64,000 bases of DNA, taken from the NCBI RefSeq assembly GCF_001194135.2, contig NC_068981.1, positions 52,502,395 to 52,566,394 of the forward strand, given 5' to 3'. Source of the DNA: Octopus bimaculoides. Taxonomy: Eukaryota. Below are positions 11,927-25,069 of this stretch, in pieces. The first letter of the stretch is position 1. Every line of letters starts with the position of its first letter. The notes below the pieces were generated by a model that made no database searches, was not told the DNA's origin, and saw only the letters and a program-made list of their open reading frames with translations. Made by a program: the position numbers and the translations under genes.

Positions 11927-14900
11927 CTGCAGAAAATAAAATGAAAAATATTAAAATTATATCAAAACAAAAAAAATTGAAAGTATTAAATCATAAAACT
12001 TTTTTTCACCAAATTTCCATTGGAAAGTGAAAGAATAATTGGAATTAAAGAAAACAATATTAGTTTTTCTAAATGAATTTCATGTAAATGTAGTCAATCT
12101 CTCCCTAATATAGAGACTGACTCAATGCAGACAGTTTCTTAGCTGTGGAACAGAATCAACTAAACAAAGATTTGCAGGATATATTTTCAGAGTTTTTTTT
12201 TTTTAATGTATACTTCACAAATATAAAATTATATTGATAAAACCTTATCTTATATTAACAATGAGTAAATTTGGTAATAGCAAAATAGCTAACATATATT
12301 TTTAAATAATAGAAATACCGAATGATTAAAAATAAAATAAAATATATAAAAAATATAAATTTGGAACTATTTTGTTTCAGACAACCAATCCCAAAGACAT
12401 ATCTATGAAAGAACAGCATCAGAAGAAAAGAAAAATCAGACATCACAAACAACATAGACAAAACATATATGGAAACACTATGACCTTATAACTAGTTCAA
12501 TAATTTATTTTAAAAAACGTGCAACAAAAATGAAGTAAAATGATGATAAACTAACTGAATATAATAAATACTTAAACAGAATCAAATTCATTGAAATTCT
12601 TTTTGGTAACTTATTTGAAATTTGAAAGTTTATGAATTTATTTACGGTGCTCCAACATGGCCACAGTCAAATGACTAAAACAAGTAAAAGAATAAAAAAA
12701 CATCCTCTAAAACAGAAACGGCACTATAAAACATGTAGATTTTTTTCTTCTAAAATTCTTTATAATACTAAGGTATATAATTGATTGAACTGACCTCAGT
12801 GTATATCAATAACAGATGTAGGAAAGAAAATGAGATTTAAACTCTAATACACAGTACACTTAACTAAATTGCAGAAAAAAACCCCCATAATGTCTTGATT
12901 AATACTGAACACCAATATACAAATTATATTCATTTAAATAAAATGACAACTTTATTTTAATGCTATACTACAGAATATAACTATCATTTTTTTTTTAGTC
13001 CACACTATGCATGAACACAGACATTTTCATGGATAGGAAAAGATGAATCAGTTGAACTAGTTTCAATCTTGTGTTGAGATTTTATCAATGACTGAGTAGC
13101 TCTTTAACTACCCACAGAGATACTGCTTATAAGCATACTATTATTAATGGCTTAAATAAAAGATATAACACATTCTTGGCAGGTAGTTTGATTATTAAAA
13201 TACAGGTACATTGACAGTGTTTGGTTTCAAAGCTGTATCATACTATAGAATATATATTATATATACATTCTTAACCAACATTAAGAACAGACAGATGTAA
13301 ACATCTTGTCTGTATATACAATATCTTTACAGACAGAAAACTTTGTATATTACAGACAAGGTGTTAATATCTGTCTATTCATAGTGTTAGCTAAAAATCT
13401 ATAGGTATATTCTATAGTACAATACAGCATTGAATCAATACAGTTAACACACTAGTAATTCATTAATCCAAATTTACTTTTAAATTCTTTCAGAAAAAGA
13501 ATACATGAGGCTCCAGTATAAACTACTTTGAAAGTAGGCAAAGATATCTACACTGTTACAGGAGATTTTCGTTCAAACAAGGTACACTGCTACAAATAGA
13601 AATTAATGTCATTCAATAAAAATAGACAAAGAAAACAGGAGATTCTTGACAGTTCTGATGGAAATAGATGAAACTAAAATTTCAGAAGCTATCCAACCAA
13701 CTGCAATTAACCACCATTTCAATTTTGTTCTGTTGACAAAAGAAATTTCACAAACTCAAAATCCCATTTCAATATTGGAATCAAAGAAATGTCTATCCTC
13801 CATATTAAAGCAGAACTTATAGGAAGGTTTTTACCTTAGTGTTAATGCAAGCCAATGAAAGAGCTCTTATGTGGTCACTTAACTACTAGAAATAGCTGCT
13901 AGATCTCTTACAAATTACACCACACCATCTTGAAAAGAGAGTAGTATATTGACAGATACACAATACCTAAGAGAAAGATGGTTTGGTTGCAACTAAACAC
14001 CTTTGATTACAAGGTCTGCTCAATCAAAGCTTTCCAGGGACTAAGATGCTGTTGTACATCCAAGAAGCAAGTAACTTGGAACAATGTTGTAGATAAAATT
14101 AAGTGTGTAAACGGTTTGGAAGTAGAAAAAAAATGTAGTAGAGATTATATGAAGAGTTTAGATGACACTACATTTACTGAGCTGGAGTGAATGTTAATGG
14201 CATGAAAAAAGTGTAAAGTGCCCGAGACAAATTAGGCTGTTATGGGAAAGAAATGCTGTCAAAAGTAGAGATGTAGTCAAGGGCTAATAGTAAGAGAAGC
14301 TTATATTATCACTACAATACAATCATTGAACATATGGTATGAGGCAGAGAGAGTCTATAATCAGTAGAGGAAATAAAAGTTTCAGATATTAAATAAAACA
14401 ATGATATGTAGGCAGAGAAAATTGCAAGACAACCTTACAAATAAAAGAAAACAACTATCTTGCATTTGTTCTGCATGTTTATAGTTGTTGTTTACTTCCA
14501 TGTCAGCTTCAACTAAGCAAAACCTAGGAGCAACCATGACAATCCTGTCCTCATAGATCTGAGATTACATTATCCAATGTGTCCTTCACTTTTAAAGAAT
14601 AATTTTAAGGATATTTGGCTGTTAATTCTCATAGGTTATGTAACCATGTAGAATCCCATTTGTTAACTCAAAAGGCTAGGTGAGGCTGAATGGCTTATGA
14701 GAAATTTGCCATGTAAAAATGTGCAATAAACGTCAGAATCAACTGCAAACCCAATGAAGAATTTATGTATGTAAATATAGTTTAGCCTGCTTTGAAAGAA
14801 ATCATTAGCTGAAAATCCAAGTTATAATTTCAAAGAAAGACTAAATGTGTTTTATAGTCATAAAATTCATGGATTTCTATTATGTGTAGTTTATCTAACA

Positions 14901-16098
14901 ATTAACTTCAAATATTTTTGTCAAACATTTTCTATGTCGACCAGAATCCTTAGTTGTGTACACAACCCTTTAGCATTCAGATTAGAATGACATTGTAGGA
15001 GACGTGTGAGAGGCTGGATCTGGCTGGTTTAAATAAGACAGAATGAGATGGACATGATTAAAGCAGCGTGTGTTGAGAATTGGCTATATTAATTTTATAT
15101 TAATTCCATTCAAATCAGCTAGATGTCATTATGTGTTGAGAAATATGTTTTACTTTAAAGAGTTCTTTGGATGGGATAGTATGAAGTGCAGGAAAAGCAA
15201 AAACAAGACAGGGAACCAAGATATCAGTAATAAGAGAACAGAGAATCTTGTAGTGATAGAGAAGGCAACCAAATAGAAAAATAAGACTTGATAAAAACCA
15301 TTTAACACACACACACAAAATATTCTGACAGGATCAAAGCAACTTTTGTAAGGAGTGTGTGGTGCACATAATTAATTAAATCAAAGTATAATCCTGGCAC
15401 TGATTTTATCAACTTCAAAAAGAGAGAAAAAGAAAAGACTGAGTTTAAATTGAGTCTGGAGGAAATAACTGCTATCTGGCCCTGAATGGTAAGAAATATT
15501 GAATAGATAATGATGTTTTTCATTAATCTTTAACATCTGTAGACTGATCTACTACACCAATTCAAAATAGAGTCTCTAGCTAAAAAAGCACACATCCAAA
15601 ATATAACTGTTGACACTTGAACTATAAGGGAAATATTTGTCATTATTATACTATATGGCCTGATCATAATAGTTGTAAGATGAAACAAAATAAAAACCCT
15701 ATATCAATGAATAGTATAACCATTGCACCAAAAATAATGATAAAAGATAATATATCAAGTTTGAAGATTTTTAAAATTAATTATTGAACTTAAATGATTT
15801 TCGTTTGATACAGAGCAAAAACAAAATAAATAATGTATTACTCAAGACATGAGAATCTAAATTTCATTTATTTTACTTGTTTTTTTTTTTGTAATTGAAA
15901 AAATAACAACAAGGCAGCAACTAAAGCTCTGAAATCATGCAAAGGAATGGGTTTGAGGCAGTAACATGAAGGTATGTATATATGAAGATGACAAGGTTCT
16001 GAAGAAAAACGAAAAAAAAAAAAAAAAAACCCTCATCTAATAATACATACAATCTAATCTGTAAATGTAAAACTGTTCCAGAATATTCACAGCCTTAC

Positions 16099-16235
16099 CC
16101 ACAATAAGGACAACACACGAAGCTCAAATGCTGAATAGCAGCTGCTAAGCAGGATGACACAGACATACAAAGGACACAATACAAACCACATTGGTTTCCA
16201 CTTAGCAGGGTAAGACACACAAGTTGCGAAAGCCA
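16099..16235 (-). CDS. Candidate 137-nt Cys-rich alternative cassette exon ([D]GFRNLCVLPC* if entered in phase 2)
   Basis: Acceptor aaatattttcag, donor TGG|gtaagg. GC-richer island. The two other frames are open throughout. Confidence 0.55.
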
Positions 16236-19200
16236 CTGAAAATATTTGAGACAAATATTCACTATATCACAGGAATAGGTGAGAATATGCAAGCTAGATG
16301 GGATCAAGCAGTTTGAGAGAAGAGAGGAACCTCTTGAATAGAGGCTGTGCATAATTGAAAAGCATATTGTTCTAAATATTAGTCATACAGATTCTCAACT
16401 GAAATAAGCATATTTGTAGGAATTAAATTCCTTATAAGCAATTTTGAATTTAATATAAAATGACTAATAATAAGGATAATAATGAAAATATACATTAAAT
16501 TTTTTTAAGACTAAAAAATAAATTCATTTTTTAAAAATCAGGACGAACAGAATGACTACAGAAAGAAACAAAATTATTTGACATATATCATTGAAAATGC
16601 AAATAATAATGTATAATCAATTAATTTCTAGAAAAATAGATACAATGCCAAATAAAAAAATTTAAGAAACAAAATAGTAATCAAGGAATAAAATAGAGAA
16701 ATTAGGTTTTATTCTCAAAGAATAAAGTTTGTGAATGAATATATTCTTTAAAATAGACAGGAATAATAGGCCTTATTTCATTTGTTTTATTTTATACAAA
16801 GGTTTTCTCTCTTTGTGAAAGGGCAGTGTAGAGATGTGCATGAAAAATTATGGTTATACATATATATATATATATATGGCTGTGTAATACAGATACTGAA
16901 TGCAGAGAATGTGTAATAATTGGGAAGGAGAAATGAATTCAGTATAGTCTGTTGAATTTCCAGTGTTAACCTGGAAGAAAGGTGGAGCAGAAGTGAGTTG
17001 CAAAAGCAGCTGGGGTATCAAAGGCATTGGCCAATATATGCAGGACAGGTGACTGCTTCAAGATGTCATATCAATGGATGATGCATGCAAGTGAGGAAAA
17101 GTTATGAATTGGTCAAATTATAACTTTACACAAACCAATAAATATTTGGGAAAAAATGCCTGATTATGTTAAATTCTTATAAATAGGATGCCAGTAGACA
17201 GACAATACAATTTTGTGGACCCATTGCACTATATAATTCAAATGGTAATCTATACTGCTGATGGTAATTATAAAGATACTTTCAATATTGAAATATGTAT
17301 ATACACTGAGACACTTTTGAACAAAATTTGAAACATTCTAAATATGGCAATGAATCTAATAATAAACAATTATCGATAACATTCATAATGGTCAATCCAA
17401 TTGAGTAGGCTTTCATCAGATATATTTAAAGAAAAGTAATAAAACGAAGCTGTTGAAGAAAAGCACCTTTTTTAGAATAACAAAAGTATGTTACACCATG
17501 CCACTCTATCTTTCAAATGGATGAGACAAAAATTGGTGTATCACAGGTATCTCTTGTTGTTTTTTATTTTTCTAATTTCATATAATTTCCTTTCTTTTTA
17601 GAAGGGTGGGTAGCTGGCCCAATGGCTAAGCACAATTCTTTTGAAGAAAATTACTTTTTTCTGTAGGGAGAATTGCATACTTTAACGTAAGCCAACAAAA
17701 ATTTACCAATATTATAGGGCTATCACTGCTTACACAGCAATCTATACCACCATGTGGTAGCCATTTAGAATTAGGTGGACTCATTGCAAACTAAACTATA
17801 AAAGAAAAAGGAAGTAGTAAAATATTTTGCTTTAACTTTTTGAAAATCAGTCAAAATCTTTCCTACAATTGAAAAAGGTGCTTAAAATCACAACATTTAA
17901 GTTGTATGAAGAGGTTAAAAATTATCCTAACTTTTAATGAAATGATTTTTAAAATTACTAGAAGAAATACAACACACCAAACAAATGGCTCACTATATAC
18001 ACATTCCAGAAATAATGACACTAAAATATTATTATCACTTACAAAAAAACTTTGAGAGTACAACACAATAATCCTTTATAAAACTTGTAAGACAAATCAG
18101 AAGAAAAACCTAAAACACAAACCCTCCTCACAAAAGACCAAGATGCAGCAACAATTAATGCATAGGTTATGACAATTTAGTTAGTTGAACTGTGACATCA
18201 TATAATACCAAACATGACCAACAATCAAGTTTATTTTCAAAATATGAAGCATCCAATACACAAAATCATTATATCAAGTTTGGAAAAATATATCCTGTAA
18301 AAGAATGAATACTGAAAACATTGGCTTAAACACAATATGAATCTTACACATTAGATAATACAAAGGAAAACCAAGCCCTACATGTTCAAAGAACTTGAAA
18401 TTTACGTGCCATCACAATCATGATTCTGATACCTCCATATCTCAAAGAAGAAACAAATAGGAAATTTTTGACAGACTAACATCTTGACACTCAAATGTGA
18501 TTTTTCTTGTACTATTACTTGAAAATATTAATCTGGTTATAGGTTAAATCCTTAAATCAGTTAAAAACCCAGTGGAAATATACATGGAAAAATTTAGAGG
18601 CTACTTTATGTAATACTTATCAGTAACATTGTGATATTTTTTTTTTATCATAGCAGTATGAATAGAAATGAATTTATTTGCACATAAATTATTGAAGCAA
18701 CTGTGTTTACAATTAGAAGTCCTTCTACAAGCACCTGGATAGTAGCAATATCTACATTTACATTGTTGAAATGTTTTTAATGCACAGTATATATTTCCCC
18801 CAAACAACATTTTAAACTTAACAAAATTAGAAAACTAATCTAGTATAGCTATCAAGATAACATTCTTATCGTCACACATCATCATATTATCAATCACACT
18901 AAGATATATCTTTCTTGTATCTGAAATATATCTTCAATACTACAGACACTTTGTAAAAATGTTTATCAAAGTAGCTTACAGCATTATTTTATTAAAACTA
19001 CAGACCCATATCAGGCTTTATTACATTTTTGTAACTCATCACATTGTAATATTAGTCAGAAGTATATCAATTGTTATTTTCATATTGTAACCAAACTTTT
19101 ATTCATATTTCTTCATTTACAGAATCTTATATATAACTTCTTCATATATTCCACTGGTCATATGAATTCTTTTTATTTTAAGGCTCGACAGCCAATCAAA

Positions 19201-19870
19201 ACAGAAATTTACAGAATTTTTTGATTGCCTGCACACATACACACACACACAAAAAAAAAAACGAGGAATCATTTATACTTTAAATATTTTCTTTTTCAAA
19301 ATACACCATCATCATTCAGTTGTCAATTTTGAGGCCAACTAGAAAATCACAAAGGAAATAATACATAAGGAACCAAACGTGCTGCTAGACCTTTTGACTT
19401 ACTGTATAAATTTAATACAGATATTTTCACCAGTGAAATTGATTAATTATTAAAGCATGTGTTAATATAACTCCACTTATTTTTAAAGATGTAGTGAAGA
19501 TGTCAGTAAATAACAGCTATGGTAAACACTGTTTAGATTCCAAACAAAGTGCTGAAGATTCAATAAATCTAATGACCAAACAATCAGAAGCATCAACATG
19601 TCAGTTTCATATAAATATGAATAAAACGTTAGTACATGCTAATCCAGTTCTTAATTTCACAGCATGTGTAATTATACAACTGGATTACATATCTGACAGA
19701 TGACACGGCCGAGGCAATTTTTAGAAAAAGGAGATGAAAGGGTTATAAAAAAAGGTCATGCCAATAACATGCACTCGAATGCTTTCAAAGCATGATGGTT
19801 GTTTTAGTATTCAGTGGTTTTGATTATAGTTACAATTTCTTATCTACTTCACTAGCATTTCACGACATAC

Positions 19871-19935
19871 CTGCTCTCCTTGTGATATTTTGATCGATTT
19901 AGCGTTTCAACCGAAAAAAAGTAGACCAGGCCGCA
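19871..19935 (-). CDS. Candidate 65-nt alternative septin C-terminal cassette exon ([D]AAWSTFFRLKR* if entered in phase 2)
   Basis: Acceptor gtttctttcgctttcag, donor CAG|gtatgt. Locally GC/CpG-richer than the flanks. Also open in phase 0 (CGLVYFFSVETLNRSKYHKES). Confidence 0.6.
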
Positions 19936-20702
19936 CTGAAAGCGAAAGAAACTTTACCAGAATGGAATAATGTTTCCTTAAAGTTTAGATGCAGGATGAA
20001 GAATGTTAATGTAGTAGATATTACTACTGGAAATAACCTGTTATTGTATCCTCTTTAAAGGGCTTTAGTAGGTTAAAAATATTTCAAAATTTTCTTTGTC
20101 TTTATTCTTTTTTTACTCTCTTTGGAAAGCAAGATAAAAATTACCCAAACTGTTAGAGGGATTATGTGAGGTATCAAGGGAATTCAGACTTCAAAGAAAA
20201 TAATTCAATTAATTAATAATGTTAATTTGTTAAAAAGAATTAGTACATTAAGAAAGAATCATATATATATTTTTTACAGACATAAAGTAATCGTGTTTAG
20301 TGATTAGAAAAGAATTTATTAAATATAATTATCTCCCCTTAGTTTTATGATATGAAACTAATACTGAAGACTATTTCCATAGCAAGAAAATAAATCTCTT
20401 AAGTTACATGGTATATAAGTGCTAAAATATATCAAAAGTAATCCTTCCAATAAGAATAAAAGATCATTACTGATTTAGTGTTATCCAGTGTATTTTGTAA
20501 AGCAAAATGGTGAAAGGATTAACTGTGAAGCTCACATTTCTCATTTAAAATATAAATTTATTCAAATATCACATGGTTGCATTTATGTATTGCAGCCATT
20601 GTAAAATTTTATCACTGATAAAATGCCAGATGCAACAGGAAAATGTTTTATTCATATTAGACACTAGCACGTAATTTCAAACAAAGCTTTTTTTTTGTTT
20701 CT

Positions 20703-21036
20703 TTTTACAGGTTTTCAATCATTAGACTGCAGCCACACTGGGGCACTGCCTTGAAGAATTTTATTTATTCTTTAAAGCCTGGTACTTATTCCATCAGTCT
20801 TTTTTGCTGAACCACTAAATTATTGGAACATAAACAAGCCAACACTGGTTGACAAGCAGTGGTAGGGGCACAATCACAGACATAAACACATACAGGCTTC
20901 TATAATATATACTCACAAGGTTTTGGTTGGCCTGAGGCTATAGTAGAAAACACTTGCACAAGGTTCTACACAGTGGGACTGAACCTGAAGCTGGAACCAA
21001 GTGGTTGGGAAGCAAACTTCTTACCATACAGCCATA
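20703..21036 (-). mobile_element. CORE-like SINE (degraded)
   Basis: Homologous to 5766-6120. Confidence 0.82.
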
Positions 21037-21074
21037 CCTACATAAACATAGCTAAAAAGGCTGTTTGTTAAGAA

Positions 21075-21470
21075 TAATAGCTGTGTGATTAAGAGACTCA
21101 CTTTGTAACCACATGGTCTTGGGTTCCATCCTGCTGGGTGACAACTTGGGCAAGTGACTTCTACTGTAACCCAGGCTGACCAATGTCTTCTGAGTGAATT
21201 TGGTAAACAGAAACTGAATGGAAGCCCATTATTTGTGTGTATACACACACACACACACATACACACACACACACACACATATATGAATGCATGCATATGT
21301 GTCTTTATGTTTCTGTTTGTTCCCAACACGACCACTTGACAACTAGTGTTGGTTTGTTTACATCCCCATAATTTAATAGGTTCAGTAGAAGAGATCAATA
21401 GAATAAGTGTCATATTTAGAAAATAAGTACCCCAGTTTGGCAGCAGTCCAACGACTGGAAACAAGTAAAA
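21075..21470 (+). mobile_element. CORE-like SINE (degraded), inverted relative to the 20703 copy
   Basis: atagctgtgtgattaag...cttgggcaagtgacttctact...gactggaaacaagtaaaag. Confidence 0.82.
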
Positions 21471-21712
21471 GGTAATATTATGATACTTATACCAGTGCTC
21501 AGTAATTATACAATTATACACCCAACCACCTGGGGCAGTCAACTTTCAAGTTAAGAAAGCATGCTTATCTTGACACTTGAAAAGAAAATATAGCTTAGAA
21601 TTAAAATAAATTATGAAAATAAGATACAAAGCTTACAACATGTAGAGCAAGCAAGCAAGAAAAGCTCCTCATTGGTTTTGATTCTTAGTTGATGTAAGTT
21701 CATTTTACTTAC

Positions 21713-21764
21713 ACCATTATTACCCTTGTGGAAGGTATGAAAGTTGCAATATCCTATTTCTCCT
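21713..21764 (-). other. Candidate 52-nt cassette exon ([E]GEIGYCNFHTFHKGNNG), phase 2 to 0
   Basis: Acceptor ctgtattttag, donor GGT|gtaagt. Open in the phase-2 frame. Confidence 0.38.
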
Positions 21765-22499
21765 CTAAAATACAGGGTCTTTGCAACTAGTCACGCGAAT
21801 CAATAAAAAATAAACTTAAGAAAACTGTTAAGAAAGATATAACATTGACTATATTGAAATACAAGAGCATCTATTTTCTAGTAAAGAAATCAAATACAAT
21901 TATAAATGTAAACCCAACATTTACTACTTACGAACATATGTTCATATTAACACTACTATTCTAACCCTTGCCAGCACACTGAGAAATGCCATTTTAATAA
22001 TATGTATAATATATTTGCAAACATTGATAAAAGTTTCTCTTCCCACATTACATGATCCATTGTATCTTTTTTAAAGTTAATTTGGAACAGAATCCCGTGG
22101 TTCTCTAAATGGTTACAATTCTGAATTGCTTCTAGGCAAAACACAAGTTAGGAGACCTATGCAAGCTTTCACACATTAAATGATCTATTTAATATGCTTT
22201 TAACTCTGAATGAAAATGTCCTGAAAACTAGTTTCAAAAGCTAATACTAGAGAAAAAGTTCCAAGGAAGTTTAATATTCTACCTCTTTTGTAAAATATAT
22301 ACTGCTTATGTAATTCACAACCCTGGATACACTATAACATTATATCTAAATGAAGATGTTGAGAAAAATTTTATGTAAAGATATGTATTAATTGTATGAA
22401 TTTTTATTTCTAACGTGACTCCTTCCTTTATGATTGTTAGTGCTTAACTATGAGCAGTTTAGTATGAATGAAATACACTAGAAACACAGCAATACCGCT

Positions 22500-23030
22500 T
22501 CATAAAAAATTAAGTATCATCTGAGGAATGGTATTAGCAGAATTGATGGAGAGTAGGTTGTTATGTATAAGAGAAAGAATATGGGAAACAAAACTGAAGC
22601 TAAAGATCACACTGGAGTCAAAGTGTGGGTCAAAGAGAACTCTATTAGTATGCTCTGCAGTAGTGCAATCTGACAAATGAATGGAGCCCACAGGCAGACA
22701 GTTTTGGCAAGAGATTCATGTACAAGACATAGCTGAAAGCTTTGCCAATATCAGGGGCCACATCACTGCTTTCATCAAATTTCTTGAGGGTGAGATCCCA
22801 CTTGTTAGTGATATAGGAAGAGTGTGGATCTCCAGTAAATCTGGTTTTATGTACTGGTGACCATTAGGGAGCGAGAAAGATTCAAGTGTTGGAGAATGTT
22901 GTTAATAGCTGTTACCATCACCTTTAAGACATTGGAAGTGTACGTATGTATGTAATAGAATAGTTGTTGGCGGGATTAGAGGAGTTGCCTTTCTTGAGAG
23001 GGGCACACATTGATTGTGTTTCTAAAGATT
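22500..23030 (-). mobile_element. CR1/L2/Jockey-type RT relic
   Basis: PLKKGNSSNPANNYSI and VAPDIGKAFSYVLYMNLLPKLSACG resemble PI.KKG..S.P.NYRPI and ALDISKAFD.VWH..LL.KL. Confidence 0.72.
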
Positions 23031-23699
23031 GAAAGTAGCACAATAATGGATAATAATTTCTTGAAAGTTGTTTTAATCTTATTTAGTGTTACTGAAAAAC
23101 AAAAAAGTTGCACAAGTACACATTTTCATCCATCCATCTATCCAATCATCACAACATCAATATTTCTTATCTTTTATAATTGCTCTATGAGGTTTGCTGC
23201 CTTCTATCGTGGTGCTCAGAGGACTTCTAATTGTTCAAATGTTGATAAATCATGTAAAATTAAAAGTATGTAGTATATATGATGGTTATTGATGTTATTC
23301 TAAATATCTGGTTTTAACAATAGAAACATATTCTTAGCAAGTGAAGAGATCAAAGAATAAGATAAGATCCTTTAGTATCATCATCATTAATTTTGTCATT
23401 TATTTGATAGATTTGCAAGCTTGCTCATTTACTAGAGAAAGAAAGCTTATTAAAACCCTGATATAAATGTATCAATAGCTAAGATATGTTTTTACCAAAA
23501 TAGACTAACTGAAATCATACTGAGCTTTCATTAAAAAAACCAGTGAGGGAAAACAGTTAAATTAAAGAGGGCTTACAATATTTATAATTTCTAAAGACAT
23601 GTTTTCAAATAAATAACTACTCATTAGAGATGTTATAGGAGAGCATCAATATCTTGTAGAAATGCAAATAATGATAGACCAGTGAAGGTTAAGGAATTC

Positions 23700-24650
23700 A
23701 TATGCCAAACAGTTATAGCCTAATAATCCTGAACAACCAATTCTGAATGCTAAATCCCAAACATTGAAACTCCTCAAAATTAGAACCCTCAAAGGTTGAT
23801 ATACTGAAAACTCTTCGAAAACTCTCCATCTCAAATGTAATTAAAGATTAAAATCCAAAACAATTCTTGCATCTTGTTTATCTCTCTTTGACTTCATCCT
23901 TTTTGATGTATAAATGCCATTCTACACACTGCCTACAGAAATACAATCTTGAATTCAATGATTTACTGTCATCATATGGAAAGATATGGAAGACATAATC
24001 GGGGATGTAGTTTCAATATTAAACACTTTCGGTCTTTAAAATCAGTCATCACTGAATACCAAAACTGATTAAATTAAAAAAGTAATTAATATGGATAATA
24101 CAAAGGAAGTCATAGAATTGGATATTGCTCCAAAATATAGGTTAACATATACTGTCAAATGCACCACCAGTTGTTCTGCTACACAAACTCAAACTAACCC
24201 GTTGTGAAGCTGATGGTATGTTATGACTTCACCCTAAAGCTATTCATCACTGTACATTATACTTGCAGTAAAAGAACAGATGTATTCAATAGTTTAAGAA
24301 CAAAAGTATTTAATATTTAAAGAATAAAAGTATTTGACAAGGAAACTCTTTACATTCCCAATTCTTAAAGTTGCTGGAACCTATGTTCACCAATGAAGCC
24401 TATCCCTGAAATACACTTAAAATTTTTTTGAAGTAATTGTATTTTAATATGTTTCTTAAATAAATAAATCCCATTTTAAAATCATAAGAAATGTCCTTTA
24501 AGAATTTTTTAAAAATAATTTTTTTCCTGAAATATATTTTCTGGGGTTTTGAGATTGTGATTTTCAGCATTTGGGGATTCTGATCTTTCAGGATTTAAAC
24601 ATCTGGAATTATGTCATTTGGGACGTTTTTTGAGATTACACTCAAAACCC
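23700..24650. mobile_element. Non-autonomous MULE (Ricksha-like) with long degenerate TIRs
   Basis: Right end reverse-complemented reads gggttttgagtgtaatctcaaaaaacgtcccaaatgacataattccagatgtttaaatcctgaaagatcagaatcccc. A degenerate counterpart lies at about 23720-23800. Family assignment is from recall. Confidence 0.5.
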
Positions 24651-25032
24651 AGCCTAAGACTATGAGTGATCACAACATGATAAAACTCTTCAACTATATC
24701 ATTTGTTTATGCCAACTGGATGTAACATCACACCTAAAGTATGTATCAAATGTTTCTACTAGGATTAAATTATTTTGGGATTATATGTAAAGCTGTTAGA
24801 CAGATTAACAAACTGGTGAAGTAGACTACCATCACAAAATATATAGATAACTATCTTAGTTATTACAAATGGAAAACAAGGTAACATATAGCAAGGGCTA
24901 TTGTTCATAAACCTAATATTTCCATAATAGCAAATACCAACATCAGACCAAAATTATATAATATGAGAGATAAGCCAAAAGTACCACTTATACATCAGTC
25001 TTTTTCACACATTACATTGCACTTATGCTCAC

Positions 25033-25069
25033 TACTAAAATATCTAAAGTTGGCTGCAGTACCATGTCA
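25033..25069 (-). other. Candidate 37-nt cassette exon ([D]DMVLQPTLDILV), phase 2 to 0
   Basis: Acceptor ttttctctactctctacatag, donor GTA|gtgagc. Open in the phase-2 frame. Confidence 0.35.

Noticed and set aside
13494-13580. Plus-strand exon-like ag..gt segment
   Set aside because: Stops in all three frames; no plus-strand host gene found.
19117-19228. Candidate tail exon EQSKNSVNFCFDWLSSLKIK..
   Set aside because: The acceptor sits in a (TG)n microsatellite and there is no convincing donor; indistinguishable from chance.
23717-23725. agcctaata / agcctaaga as a 9-bp TSD of the MULE-like element
   Set aside because: The left copy falls inside the inferred TIR, so the match is probably coincidental.
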